Origin: a virus | Taxonomy: Duplodnaviria; Caudoviricetes | Direction: 5' to 3' (one strand) | IMG/VR virus record: IMGVR_UViG_3300020049_006862 | Location: 46,205-110,204 of that record | DNA length: 64,000 nucleotides | In this document: in pieces, positions 1 to 14,333 of the stretch | Numbering within the stretch: the stretch's first letter is position 1 | Layout: every line of letters starts with the position of its first letter | Translations under genes and position numbers: made by a program | The notes under the pieces: model-generated | What the model was told of the DNA's origin: nothing | Databases searched by the model: none | What the model saw: the letters and a program-made list of their open reading frames with translations, nothing else

Positions 1-3000
1 TCAAACCCAGCGTAAGGGGAATTAAACTTCTTGGTATTCTGAGGTCTTTCTACAAACTGAACTCTGTTTCTAGCTCTTATTGAAGTATCCGCTACCTGAA
101 CTTTCTTTATGTTAGTTATCATTAAGTTAAGTTCGAAGTTGTCAGCTATTTGGTCAATACGCTCGGTTCCTTTTACTACTAATAAGTTATATTGAGAATC
201 TTGGTCAGTAATCTTATCGTAAGGGATCTTAGAAGAAAGAGAAGAACTCTTAAATTTCAAACCCTCAAAGATCATTGCAAAATCTACAATAGCATCTTGA
301 ATAGTAGTATCGTTTCCTTCAGGATCAAAAGTAAATTTCTTCGTCTCCTTATTCCAAACAAACTTCGATAGTTCATAGAAGTTTTCACGGAGCTCTTGGA
401 GATCATCAAACAGCACTTTGCCTAAGCCTGTAAGCCTAGCTTGAGTTAAGTCTCCAAAAGAAGCTATCTCAGTAGATTCTACAAGTCTATTCAACTCTTT
501 CAAACCAAGTCTAGAAGCTCTTACGTCTTCAGTCCTTGCAGCCGTAATATACTCTTTTAAGAGTTTAGCATAATACATAGGCCCATATTCGTAGCTCCGT
601 GCAGCAGGATCATAGATCTTAGGGTCGTGGAGTTTCTCATACATAACAGCAGAAGCAAAGTACTTACTCAACTCTTCGAGTAAGGTCGCCTTGTCCATTT
701 TGTTTTCCCCCCAACTATCAAAGTGCGGCAGTAATCTGGTAACCATAGACATATACTTAGGCCCGTAGATCTGTACATTAGTAGAAATAGTATACATCAA
801 ATTATTGTGTATATCTATAGAAGCCCCGATGTGAGGATTCTCTTGTACGAAAAGAGGAGCATCAAAAGCAAATGAATCACGGAGAACTGCTTTACTAGTG
901 TTACCTTCAAAAGGAGATCTAGTATCAGAAGTAGGTAATTTCTGCTGCTGGATACCTGTAAATATTCCTCCAAGTTTGGTATCTAATTTTACGATGTCCG
1001 TAACAGTAGAAGGAAAGCTTCTAAGAATTTTTAAGGATGTAGCAAGTTCACCTATATCTTCACCAATCAAGTGCGCTTTCTGGTAAATCTCAAGAGCAGC
1101 TATTCGTTCAGCTATACTACCTTCGCCTTTAACTACTGCGGCAAGTCCAGTATCACTTAGTAAAGGAATCTCTTCCCCTTCTTTAAGTTGTTTTCTCAAA
1201 GCAGCAATCTGATCTTTAATTTCTTTCTGCTGATTATAAACATTAAACTTGTTAATGTCCTTAATCTCAGGAAGTTGTAAGATCTTAACTGCTTCGTATA
1301 ACGGCATACCTAAAGCAAGCATAGCTACAAGAACATTACCTGTCTTAATATTGATACCCAGAGGATATAAACCTTTCTCTTTCAAGTTGTCAATAGCAAG
1401 GTTTACAAGTCCGTCTAAGTATTGCCAAGAAGAGTGGCCAGATTGTAGGTCTTCATTCTGAAGCTGGTTAAAGTCGAGTACTTTACCTCCTACTTCCATT
1501 TGCCAGGCAAGTTCTGGTTTAACGAAAGGTCTTCCTTTATCAGGAGAACCTGTTGCCAAATAACCTAGAGCTTTCATAGCATTAGCAAAAATACCTGTAA
1601 GTCTAGCACCATCTTGCATAGAAGCGAAGGCTGTGTACCTGTTATTAACAAGAGACAAGTCAGTATCAATTCCTAAACTAGAATCAATTCCATCTTGACG
1701 AAGTTTATATAAAGCAGATTCTGGATTCTCGGGATTATTAAAGACTGACATAGTAATAGGAACGAGAACTCGATCCCTATTCTTAGGATCAGTAATAATT
1801 GAAAGAACATTCTCGATGATGATTGCCTTAGCAAACTTCTGTTGAATTTCTTTCCAAGCCTTTTCTACCAGTGCCCTTTCTTTCGTATTCCGTTCGTCAA
1901 TACCAGCAAGTTTCAGATCGAAGTACATCTGATACTCACTGTATAGTTCTTTCTTAAAGACATATTTACCACCTTTCTTTTCGTAGCCTACATAGTCAGT
2001 AGCAATGTCCCCAAGTAATAATTTCTCACCTTTGGTGAATTTCTCACGAACTACTACAGTAAGAGTATCAACGTCAAAATCAGATCCGTGTAAGTATACT
2101 ACCTGAAACGGAACAATAATTACATTAGTGTCTTGAGAATCATAAATACCTACTACCTTAAGTGGAATAGCTGAGTGAAGTTCAGTCGAAGGGAGGCGGA
2201 AACCAAACATGTCAGCAGTAAGGAATATTTCTTCGCCGCGTCTAACAGCAGCTTCAAGTTCTGGATCAAGCATTCCTTTAGGAACAAAAGATTCAGCATA
2301 ATAGCTGTTAGCTGTTTTGACGTATCTAAGTGGTTTATCTCTCTTAGGAAAATTAGGATTATTATACTTTCCAGTATACTCCTCTGCCTGAAGCACAAGT
2401 TTAGCGCCTTTGAATTTCACAGCGACGGTAAACTTCTCCATGATAGCGGAGAGCTGTGAAATTACCTTAGGAGCTACAAGAGGATTCATAAATGAAATAC
2501 CAGCCTTAAGCAAGTCTTGTACTACTTCAGAACCTGGAGAAGTAAGGGAACTAGTCAACTTACGACGCAAGTCAGTTTCGTTAAACTCATCCAATCCTTC
2601 TCTGAATAAGAAGTTCAAAGCTCTGTATACTTCAGTAGCAGCTTCAGTGTTAGTTTCTAAGATGTTTAGGAAGTAGGTTAACTGGGTAAAGAGTGACACC
2701 TTCTTATCCACCTTAGCTTTAGCATTGAACTGTAATTTGTAGTCAGCATTGTTCAAACTAAGAACAGAAAGAGGATTAGCCTCTACATTACCTAAACCAT
2801 CTACTGTATTCATAGCTCCTGCAGGAGGATTACCTACCTTCAAAGCACTATTAAATACCAGCTCATCCAGCTCATTCTTAGTCATGTACTCATTTACCTT
2901 CTGGAATTCAGGGAAATTATCTATAAGTTCTTTTGAAAGGACTACAGAAGAATACTTAACATAAGCTGGTCGAGGTTCCATTACATTCTCTGAATCTTCA

Positions 3001-6000
3001 CCGGCAGTTGTTTCTTGAATAGAGTTACCGAAATAAACTGGTTTGTTTACCTTACCAAGTCCGTAAGCAGCACCGTAACCATTGTGTAAATCAGCCCATC
3101 TTTGAGCAGACATAAATCCTTGAGCATCGGTAGATTTGAAATCTTCGAAGAATCCTAACATCTCTTCTAATCTCTCAGGAGTAATATCTGGAATCAGATC
3201 TTTTAAGAAAGCTTCAATAACAGCCTTACCCCTCTTACGGTCATTGATTACGCCCATTCTAAACTTCTCTTTCATCCCTCCAACAGACTCGCCCACTAAA
3301 GGAGATTTACCTGGAGCAAGAATACCGGCCATACGCTTGACGATATCATCTTCACTTTTGTAAAGATTATAAGGTCCAGTGAATAACTGATTAAGGTGGT
3401 AAGAATTGACATACTCATTCATTACGAAAAGAGTGACCAATGGTTGATAGTACTTAGCTATTTCCTCTTCGTTATACTTAGGATTAGACTTCCTAACAGC
3501 TATGGATTTAGGTAAAGTATCTGGAACTTTTAATTCCTGTCTGAGCTGCGCCCCGACAGATTTAATTCCAAATATAGAACCATATAATGCTTCAATATTA
3601 GGAGCAAATTCAGCATTGTTATCGAGAAGCTGATTCATGTATTCAACTGCCTTAAGCTCTAATTGAGACATAATGTTGTCTACCAAAGCGTCTTCGGTAG
3701 CATTTTCTCCTAGCTGTTCAACAGCTTTATCGTACAAAGAGAACATTAAGTTCTTCTTCTTAGTTACACCAAGAATAGAAGAAAGATTTAACGGAGTTTT
3801 AACCTGTCTTACAGCTGCTTTTAAACCTTCTTTTACTTGAGCCTTGGTTAACACGTTAACTTCTACACCTGGAATACGCGGCTTATCTGACGGCTGGTAT
3901 AAGAAGTTTATATACTTACCATTCGAATTACTACGTAACATATCTAAAAAAGCAAAAGAGAACGCGCGCGATTCGAAGTGCGCAGAATTCTCATTAGTAA
4001 ATGTCTTTACAGTGCCGGTAGATTTATTATTAGAAGAATCGTGCTCAGCGTGTCCGTGTATCTTGTTAATACCTTTAACAAAGATGTTGTTCGAGAAGAA
4101 ATCAGTCTCTAAATGTTCAGGCCTATTTTCAGCCATAAACTCTAAACGACCAGTTGAACCTAAAACTTCTGAGTCTTTAGATTTAGTAAAGTATTCTACA
4201 ATCTTATAAAAATAAGACGAAGCAGAAAACTTATACATAGAGTTCTTGTCACCATTAAGAATTGAAGTCGGTCGAAGAGAGAGGCTTTGTTCTTTAGCAA
4301 GCTTAGATAAAGCAGCCATGAGAGAGAAGGAATCATTCAAAAATTCATCTAAATCTTCAGCTGGTTTAAGCTGCATCGCTCTCTTAGTAAAGAAACCAAA
4401 CTCAGTAATAACATTAAGAACTGTAGAGTTCCTATTCATATTAGGTTTGATTGGTTCAAATACATCAGTAAGCTTAAACGCTTTGATATAAAGGTTAGCA
4501 GCTCTAGCTGGATCAACAGCTTTCAGTCTTTCGGCTTCTTTCACATCTTCAGAAAGAGCAACCGAAGCAAACCCTTGTTTAAGATGTATAGCTTCAAGAT
4601 TAGCTCTAACATAAGAAAGATAAGATTTTTCTATACCATATCCAGATGCTTCTACATAGCTGAACTTCATTCCTGTCTCAGGATCTTTCTTACTCGGTAC
4701 AGGTACGAAGCGCTTAACAGCAATCATATATCTCTTCTCAACAAGTGATCCAATACTATTCTTAAGTTCGCGCAAAGTGTTACGAGCATTAGCCGCAGCC
4801 ATTTGTTCGTTAAACTCCTTAATATTAGTTACTATACCATCAGCAAGAAGCTTCTTATACAAAGACCGATAAGATCCGATGTGATTGTAGATGTACTCAG
4901 CATTTTGAAGTTTAGGAGAAGCGTAGCTTTCGTTCACTAAGTTAGCATCTTTTACTACACGAATTCTAGAACCATTAAACTTAGACTCTATAATGTGAAA
5001 TCTTACAGAAGGATTCTTTTGTGCTCCTTGAGCATCATGTACCAATTGATCTAACTTAGCCATAATAACCTTATCAAGACTTGCAAACTGTCCATCATTT
5101 GCTCTCTTTTGCTTCTGCCAATTGTCTAAATTATTAAGATCAAAGTTTTCGAGAATAAGTTGAGTTGCTACTACAAAAGTATGCGATGGGTGAATGTACT
5201 TATCTTTTGAAGCAAGGTTAGAAGGCTTGAATGGATTAGGTAAGAAGCTTAGAAACTCTTTGATCGAATCACTAAGTCTAGCCTCTTCATCCACCAAAGA
5301 TGAATCTTCAGTCTCATTCTTAAGTCCTTCAGAGTCTGAAGCAGTATCATTAAGAACAAAGCTTTCGAGTTCGGAGAAGAACTCAATTTCTTCTTTACCT
5401 ATTACTGATGCATTAGGATAAACAAGTTCTAAGAGAGTAAAGAACAGTTCTTTTCCTTCTTTATCTTGTTTAAGTAGCGCATCCAGTGCGGACAAACTCT
5501 TATGCTCTATTTCAGTTTTACCCTCTTTACGCGCTAAAGTTCTTCTCTGATTCTTCAAACTATCTAAGGCAGAAGTAATCATCTCTTCTTTGGAAAGCAT
5601 AAGCTTTGTTTCAGAGAGGAAGTTACCTTCTACGTGATTATTCAAGAAAGCATGAAGAGCATCGTACATCAAGTTCCGAGCAATGCGGAAGTTAATTACG
5701 CTACCAAAGTTAGCTTGCATAAATGCGGCAGTCTTAACATTCATGTTAGGAGCACTGAACTTATAGTCTTCATTCTTTGGCATTTCGTTCAAGTTATCTA
5801 CAAAGCCTTTCCAATTAGCGTTTACAAAAGTAGTCAAGGCCTCAATACGATTACGAAGTAAGTCAACCATGATAGGAAGATCCTTTTCGTACGTAATAAG
5901 TTCAGCTAACACCTTCTGCATTTCTATTGCACCTGCGTTACGGCCAATCATTCCTTTGTTAGCAAGCTGTACGAACAATTGATTCTTCTCTTCTATGGTA

Positions 6001-9000
6001 AGAACCTTGTTCCACATAGAATTGATTACCTCAAGAAGTACTCCTTCATAGTATAAAGGAAGTCTGTTAATAGCAGCCTTGGCTAATGCTTGAAAAGGTT
6101 TCATAATCGATCTAAACTTAGAAGGGTCTGGTCCTTTGGGAAACTCTTGAGCATACTTGAATACATCTTTAGTAACTGATTCAGATGTAGTGGCTTCAGG
6201 GAATAGAGCCTGAAGTACAGTCTTACCTCCTTCAGGAGTATATTCACGTATCTCTTGAATAATATCTATTGCTGATTTCTCAAGTGCCCAGAATTCATCG
6301 CCAGTTTGATCTTGAATCATTTCTTGTTGAAACTTCGCTAATTCAGCAATCTTTGTTGATTTTTCTGAATCGCTAAGATCGGTAGATGCTATTATCTCTT
6401 TAGCCTGTTCAAGTAAAATAGGATCTGTAAAGGTTGCTACTAAATCAAACGAAAGAGTAACTGGAGCAGTAGTTGTTGAAGGATCTAAGTATAATTTCAG
6501 AGCAGCTAAAGTCATGTCATAAACATTACTCTCACTTAAACCTAAGAATTCAAAAATAGCTTGTAATACTCTAGAAAGTAAATTACTATTCTTAACAGGA
6601 ATAGCTGATGCTACTTCAGCAAACTTAGGATTAGAAAGGTTAGCTACAAACTCTGCAATCGGAAATATAGCTTCATTATCCTTAGCTCCTTTAGGAATCT
6701 CAGTACCTTGCATGATTGTCTCCAAATCAAGATTGTTAGTTTTTACGTACTGTAAAAATATGTCTCTCAATTCAGTTAAACGCTCTTTCAATTCTTGCTC
6801 TTTTTGAGTAGGTTTAGGATTCTGAAGAGCCTTTATAGTTGCTGCATGTGTTAATTCGTGAGCATAGATTTCTCCAAATTTTAAGAAAGACTTTGCCGGG
6901 TTATAAACAATTATAACATTCTTACCGTCCACAAATGTTACAGCCGAGAAATCCTCAGGCATGGAATTGACATCAAGAACAGGTGTCATGAATACATTTG
7001 TAAAATCAGCCACAGCTAATGTTTTAGCTAATTCCTGCCCAGATTCAAGTTGAGAGGCATTACCTTCTGCCTTTACTTCTGCGTCGAATTGTAAGTTAAT
7101 TAAAGTTTTTCCTCACTGAGACAGATTTGATTCTAGAAATCTTGCACCTCCTCCGATAGTCGTAATAATTGGCAACTCTCAGTTCTGAAAGTTAGACCAG
7201 CCTTTGAGTTTTATTTCGATACGAATATCGCCTTTCCCTGTTTGAATATTTCCTAACTCTACATTAGGAATATTTCTCTCAAATCATTCAGTCAGAATAG
7301 TCTTTAAACTTTTACCTTCGATTGGCACATAATCGAAGGTTACTTTTTTAGTATCATTGTCATATCCTATTTCAAAGAAGTCTTGTATTTCTTCTGGTAT
7401 AAGCTCGTTCCCAACTTTGCTAAGTTCTTCCTGTCTTCTCCTTTCTATGTCATCTATTTTAGCATTATCTACTATTGGTTTAGCTATTGAGATAGATCCT
7501 GAATAAAGAGTAGGATCAACCTGAGTTAAATTATTCTTATCGTAATTCTTACGTATAGGAGTAACAACTTTAGGTTTAGCTGGTTCAGAAGGAATAGTAC
7601 TAAGACCTACAGTAGTAGGAGTAACTTTCTGAAGCCTTGAATGCATCAAAGAAGAAAGACGATCAATACCTTTAATGTTAGTTCCTTTTGCTACGTGACT
7701 CATATTAGAACCGGAGAAGTTAACTTCGTCTCTGTGAAGAGGAGTACGTAGCTTAGTACTTGTAGCAAGATTGACTAACGTTTCCGTATTGATCTTAGGA
7801 GTAGCTTCAGATTTAAATAAAGATTCTTCTAACTGCTTAATCTTCTGGTCAATGTCAACGTAATCTTCTTCCGCCACTTGCTTGCCTTTTACTTCACTAC
7901 TTAATCTTTCCATCATGCGTTTGATGATAAGGTTAGTAGGAAGCTTAACAGGTCTGCCAGCAGCTTTAGTTTTAGCAAGATCAAGATAAAGATCTTCAGC
8001 TTCTACTGGAGTTCTAACTCTATTAAGAATAGCTAATACTTCAGGAACAATATCTGAAATCAAAGCTTCACGAAGAGCGCTCCAATAATGGCCATCTGCC
8101 GCATTATCAGCGAAGAGAGATATACCAGTAATGACTTTGTTACGTCTAGTCCTAATAGCTATGTTCGGAACATTATCGTTAGCTCTAGCAACAGCATTAA
8201 TAGCAACTTGAAGAGGTGACTTAGAATAAGAGACTTTGAAGTCCTCGTAGATGTTGCCATCTTTATCAACAATAACATAATGCTTAGCGCCACCTTCTCC
8301 ACGGTGATCCATCTCCTCAGCAAAACCTTTGTTGTGCGCATAAATAGACTGCTTACCACCGCCTTCGAATCTTGGATTATCCTTTATAAATTCATCAGCT
8401 TCTTTAGCAGTGAATCTTACAGGACCAGGTTCTACATGGTAGATAACATTGAGCATCTCTTTAGGAATGATGCTTGCCAGCATAAAGGCTTGTCGTTCAT
8501 CTAAATTAATACCAGCTTTTTTAGCGGCTTCTATTACTAAACCTACAGCAGGTGCTTGAGTAACGTTGCGCTTATCCCCTTCTTTTTCAATACCTAATAC
8601 CTTAGAATACTCTTTCATGAAGTCATTAAAGATAACAGTACCAAGCTTGATCGGAGTTTCTGGCTGAATAACATTCGTAAAGAAGTTTTCCAGCTTCAGA
8701 AAGATATCAGTAGCTTTAGATATGGTCTCGATATAAGGATGATCAGGGGTCATAACATCTGGTTCAAGCTGTACAAATACAGATCCAGAGCCTTTACCAC
8801 TACTAACAACCATATAAGGAATACCTACTCTAGGTTCGAAAGGTCTCTTACCCGAAGTGTTCATTACCCTGTCCACAGTACGCATATAATCTTTCTTACT
8901 CTTATTAGAGTATATGATCACACGAGAATACTTAGCCATATCAGCTTCTATATTATCTGAAAGCGGAAGGTCTAAGGATTTAGCAATACCTAAGAAAGTA

Positions 9001-12000
9001 TCGTGTAAGCTGCGATTAACACCAGGTTCTAAGTAACTCTGATACTTAACACCAATGTTATTAGATTGAGACAACTGTAATTTCTTAACGACTTTACTTT
9101 CAACCAAATGGTTCATTGCGAATCCGTTGTCAGTATCGTTGATAATAATATTTCGCGTATCAGTTACTGCATCTGGATTTGGTGATAGCTTTGAAAGTGT
9201 AGGAGAGTTAGCAATATCTTCTTCTCCAAGAATACCTACTGTTATCCACTTACGATTCTCTCCATCATATACAGGTCTTTGCTCGAATTCAGTATCGCTA
9301 AGCCAAACTGTTTCGTACATAGGAGCAATAACATAGTATTCGTGAGAGAATCCTTTATTATTTCTTGGAGATTTTACAGGTACTATCCAAGCTTCTGAAC
9401 CAGGTTTTACTTGACCATTAAGATTAATTTTAAAAGAAGGATGGCGTAATTGAATACTTTCTTCTCCTTCTGGAGTATCTATCTTAGTAGGTTCCTGTAT
9501 TTCTGGCTCTGTATTAGGCGATGGTGGTTCAACTATTTCTACAACCTCATCCTCCGTTTCATCTTCAGCCGTAGCTGTAGGAGTTGGGGGAGGAACAATG
9601 ACTTCACCTTGTGCATTAGCTGTAGGAACAGGGGTAGGAGCTGCTGCCGCAACAGTAATGCCAGCAAGTTCTTTCAAAGCAAATTTTAAAGACTCGCGCT
9701 CATCATTCCATATCCTTAAGTTATTAGCTGTGTCTTCTGTTAAATTTTCTTTAGCATTTGCTCCAACATCAGTGATAGATGTCTCTACTCTAAAGTCAGG
9801 ATTAAATAAAACTACAGCTTCTTGTGCTCTGCCAATAGCAGTGTACATAGTAGAGTTGTAATCCATCTGTTCAGGAAATACTTTTCCGAAAGCGTTACCT
9901 TTATCTTTTCTAAGAAGAATATAAACCTCTTGTGCTTGAGGAGCTTGTGCCTCATAGTGGGTTAAGATCTTCAAATTAGGATCAGAATACCTTGCTCTAA
10001 GAGCTGCAACTTCTTGCGGAGTATTTACTATTACCATCCTAGTTCTTGAACTAGGTTTAGAAAGAATAGTATCCAAAGCATTCAGGGGAGCAGAGACAAC
10101 GCCGAAAAATCCATCTGTAGTCGGCATTGCTACAAGTTCTTCAGCAGCATGGGAGGCTACAGTATTGATCCCAGGAACAACAGATTGCTTATCCTTAAAT
10201 GATAAGGCAGCATTAGCAACAGAATTAACTGAAGTCCTATAAATAACTGATACAGACGAGGTATCTTTTGTTTCAGGATTGGAAAAGGAACCTAGCAAAA
10301 GAGTAATTTTAGCCTCGGCTGTTTGCTGTGAAGGATCACCAATAGCAAGAATTTTAATAGAAAGCTTTTTGGCTTTATTAATTTTATCGATTTTATTCAT
10401 AGCACCCAGCAATTCTTGGTTAGTGGGGGCCATAGCTTCATCGATAACAATTAAAGAATACCCGGCGACCTTATCATCATCCATAGCAAGGAACTCAGCA
10501 AGAGTCTTACCGTCTTCTTTAGATGTGTGCCTAGCTGCTCCTTCTGATCCTTCTTTATTATAAGCAACAGCAAGGACTTTCATATCTTTATTAAGCTTTG
10601 ACATAGCTTGAACTACTAAAGAAGCCACTAAAGAAGTTTTACCTGATCCAAGTACTCCTTTAATAATAGTAGTTGCCTGAACAATATCTTCTTGAGAGGC
10701 GCTAGTTAAACTAATAAGAGCTTCAGTAATAGCAACTAATTGTTGAGCAGAGGGAATGATTTGAGCTTTTGCAATGTAAGCATCAATTACTTCAGTAAGA
10801 GCTGCAAAGCTTTCAGCTGTAATATTGGAAGCTCCAATCCTAGCAATATCATCAGCTGCTTGCAAAGTAACAAGATGATTAGCTACTTCTTTAAGACGCT
10901 CTAATAGTTCTGGCGGAAAATTATCTGGATTTTGTTCTAAGTTGAAAATGAGTTTAGATAAACTTTTGTCTCTTTCGTACTCGAACAAGATGTTACCATC
11001 GTTTGCAAAGTAATGTTCAGAACCGACAACAGATGCCCTTAGAATATAAGGTCCGTACTTCCTAGGATTGTTAAACACTTTAGCGGGTGGGGGGAAGTTG
11101 ATCGGTTTTGCTTGAATAAGTTTAACAGTAGAATTCCTAGTATTAGCAACTAGAGTTGGAATATCGAATGCCCCCTTCTTAATAAGATGAATAAGTGTAA
11201 ACAAATTCCCCATAAAAGAATACGGAAACTTGAGACGCAGTTCAGCTATAACACGTGATACCTCTTCGTTAGGACTGTTCTTAAGCATCTGGGTTACTAC
11301 ACTCTCAAGCATCTGAGATTCCATAGTATGAGCTGTAATCTGAATAGCTCCTCTTTTGTTGAGGTTATTTTCAATATCAGCAAGGGCATTAGCCATCCGT
11401 TCGCTATAATTCTCTACGAGATCGGAAATAATTTCTTTATCCCGATCATTCATGTCAGTCCTATTAGCTGTTACTCTTCCTACTCTATAAATACGAGCGG
11501 CAAGCATTTGAGCTTCTTCTTGGCGAATAGAAGTGTTAGGATCATGGTTTTCAAGAAACAACTGAACAGGAGCTAGATACTGTGTAGCAAAAAGTAGAGG
11601 AAGTTTGTCCGCATCAATAGCACCCGCAGCATCAGTAACAGTGGCATCATTCTTTACTCCTCGGCTAATAAGATCTTTAATAGTAGATTCTCTTTGAGAC
11701 ATCTCAAGAATCATTGCGTTAGTCTCATCAATAGCTTCTTGAATTCTATCTAAGTCAAAAACGACATTTTCTGGGTCAGCGGCGTCAAAGAAATTATCTA
11801 GACCTAAACCTTCTGCCTCTTCAGCTAATCCGAACTCTGCAATATTTTCAACAGTAACTTGCGGATTAACAGTTAAGTTCGATCTGAATATGTTAAGGTC
11901 ACTAATTTGACTTTTAAGTCGGTCAACTTCTTTTAAAGTATTCTTAGCTTCTTCAGCTAACCTTACTCTAATATTAGAATCAGCTTCAAAAGCTGGATTT

Positions 12001-14324
12001 AAGTTTTGAAGCTCTTCATTAGATAGTTCCCCAAGCATAATATTACCATTAGTAGGATCTAGTGCTTGTTCTAACAAAGCGTTGTCTAATGCTGCTTGAC
12101 CAACTATTCTACCAGTTTCTTTCAGAATGGATTTAGTAGATCTAACAACAGCAGATTCTCTCGCTTCATACGAAGGAAAGGAATTTGAGATAGCACTTAT
12201 ACCTATTCCTAAGTCTGGAGGATAATTAATTTCAGACGTACCTTTAGTGGCGGCCTCTTCGAGTAAGAGATAATCTATATCTTTACGTCTAGACTCTTCC
12301 TCTATGGTTTTATCTGTTTTAGCATCTAACTTCAAACCTTCGTTTAGCAAAGAAAACGTAGGCATCATCTCTTTCTCAAAAGCTTTTTTGAAGGCCTCGT
12401 AATTCTTACCATCATCTATGCTACTTAAAAGTTCAGTAGCTTCTTGGCGAAGAAGATCAGCTTGCTCTCCTTGAACTCCTTCTAATGAAGCAAGTTTAGC
12501 TTTGGTATAGAATCTGTTTCTACGCAAGAAGGGAACAAATTTTTTAGACACTGCGTCATCGCTGATTTGATCTCTAGTCATACGAGAAGAGTCATCGTAG
12601 TAGTCTTCAATAAATTGATTTGCCAAATCCGGATTCTCTTTGATAAACCCTTCAATACCTAACTGCTTAGCAGTTTCGCCGTTAATAACCCCATCATACT
12701 GTATCAAATCTTGAAGATCTTCTTTCGAAAGTCCTCTTGAGGCAAGTCTATGAATATGAGCCGCAAGCATCATTTTTTTGCTGAAGTCCGCGTGAACAAC
12801 GTCGCCTTTAGACATAGCAAGATAAAACTCGTTAACTAACTTATTATTAGTTAGTGTAGCAATAACTGCCTCATTTACTTTAGCTGGATCTCTTTCTAAT
12901 TCGCCATTAGTATTTAAAAATTGAGGAGTTTTAGTACCGTCTGGTAAATCAGTAACACCAAAAGTTTTAAAGTCGTGGCCGAAGTCCTCAGTCATAAGAT
13001 TCTTAGAAACTTCGTTCTGACCTTTAAGAGTATTCCACTGTTTTTCAAATTGATTGACATTAGTCTTGAGTTTCTCGTTATCCCAACGAGTTTTCATCAG
13101 ACCCATACCACCACCAATCATACCGCCAAGCATAATAGCAGAAGCCGCTTCATCTTCAGCGCTTCCAGCAGGTGCAGCATAGCCTCCTAAAGTGGTCATA
13201 GCTTTTACAAAGTTGGCTGCATTTTTTCCAGCCTGGACTAAAGGTCCACTTACTGAGCCGTATTCTTTAGCATTACCTGAAGCAACTCTTTTCTCCCAGC
13301 TTTGAACTGCGCTTTGAATATTTTCTTCCCAAAGACCTTCTGAAGCAATGCCCATCCCAAAATTCTTAAGATAGCTTTCTGCGTTTGCTTTGTAAAGTTC
13401 TGAAGCAGACTTACCTTCTCTACGTGTTTGATCCCTTAGGGTCTTAACTTGATCTTTAGAGGCCCCATGAAAAATCTTCGATTGAAGAAAGTTTGGAGCA
13501 GTAAGAGCAATTAAGTTCCAGTTGTAAACACGAGCTGCGCCTTCTCCAGCTTTCATCTTCAATTGTTCCTGAACCTCAGGCGGAGCAGAAGCAAAAGAAT
13601 TAAATCCTGCTGTTTTAGCGTATTCTTCTTTTAAAGTGTCAAAAGCTTCTTTGCCTTCAGCGCCAGCTTCACTCATTGTGTTATAGACCGTAGTCAAAGC
13701 TGTCTGAGTATTTAGACCTGTAGCTGTATTTACTTTAGTAAGAACATCGGCTAACTTTTTACCTTGTCCCATACCGTTAAGTAACTTGGTAGCAGACCCT
13801 ACTTTAGCAGTCAATGTGGAAGGAACATAAGCAGAAGCTAAGAAAGCTAAGGCATCATACCCATCTCTAGCCCAAAACTCTGCAGTTCCTGCACGCTCTA
13901 AGAAGTTACCTTCAGCATATTGCCTAGAAATATGTACTGGAGCTGAATCTTTAATTCCTTGTTCTAAAGAATTAAAAGCATTCACTATCCCATTATCTCA
14001 AATATCATTTACTTTTCCTGGACCCATTGCCCATAGAGCGCCGCCTACATAACCTAGACCGGCACCTACTTTTGGCAGTATAGAAAGGCCTGCAGAAAAC
14101 AAGCCATTCACATGTTTCTTAAGAGCTGACTGTTGCTGTCCTCGATAGTACATTTGTTCTATCTCAGGACTTAACAATGAACCTTCGTAGACTGCGGAAG
14201 AGATTCCCTTATCATACTTTCCCAATTGTCTAAGCGGAGAGAATCCTGTGCGTTGGGCAGCTACATTAGTTGTGGGTCTAAGGCCAGATAAACCCTGGCC
14301 CGGACCTCCATTATTTTGTGTCAT
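1..14324 (-). CDS. Giant virion protein (>4770 aa, truncated at window edge): SF1 helicase-like domain + zincin motif + crAss-type virion RNA polymerase
   Basis: ORFs 13998..14324 and 7284..13985 join through in-frame TGAs at 13998, 7284, 7179 and 7113; the frame then appears open to position 1. Motifs: GVLGSGKTS / IVIDEA / AIGDPSQQ / YTAIGRA (~9820-10665), HELTH (6846-6860), GSDFDVD (DFDVD at 2067-2081, in frame). Confidence 0.88.
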
Positions 14325-14333
14325 ATTTTTTTA

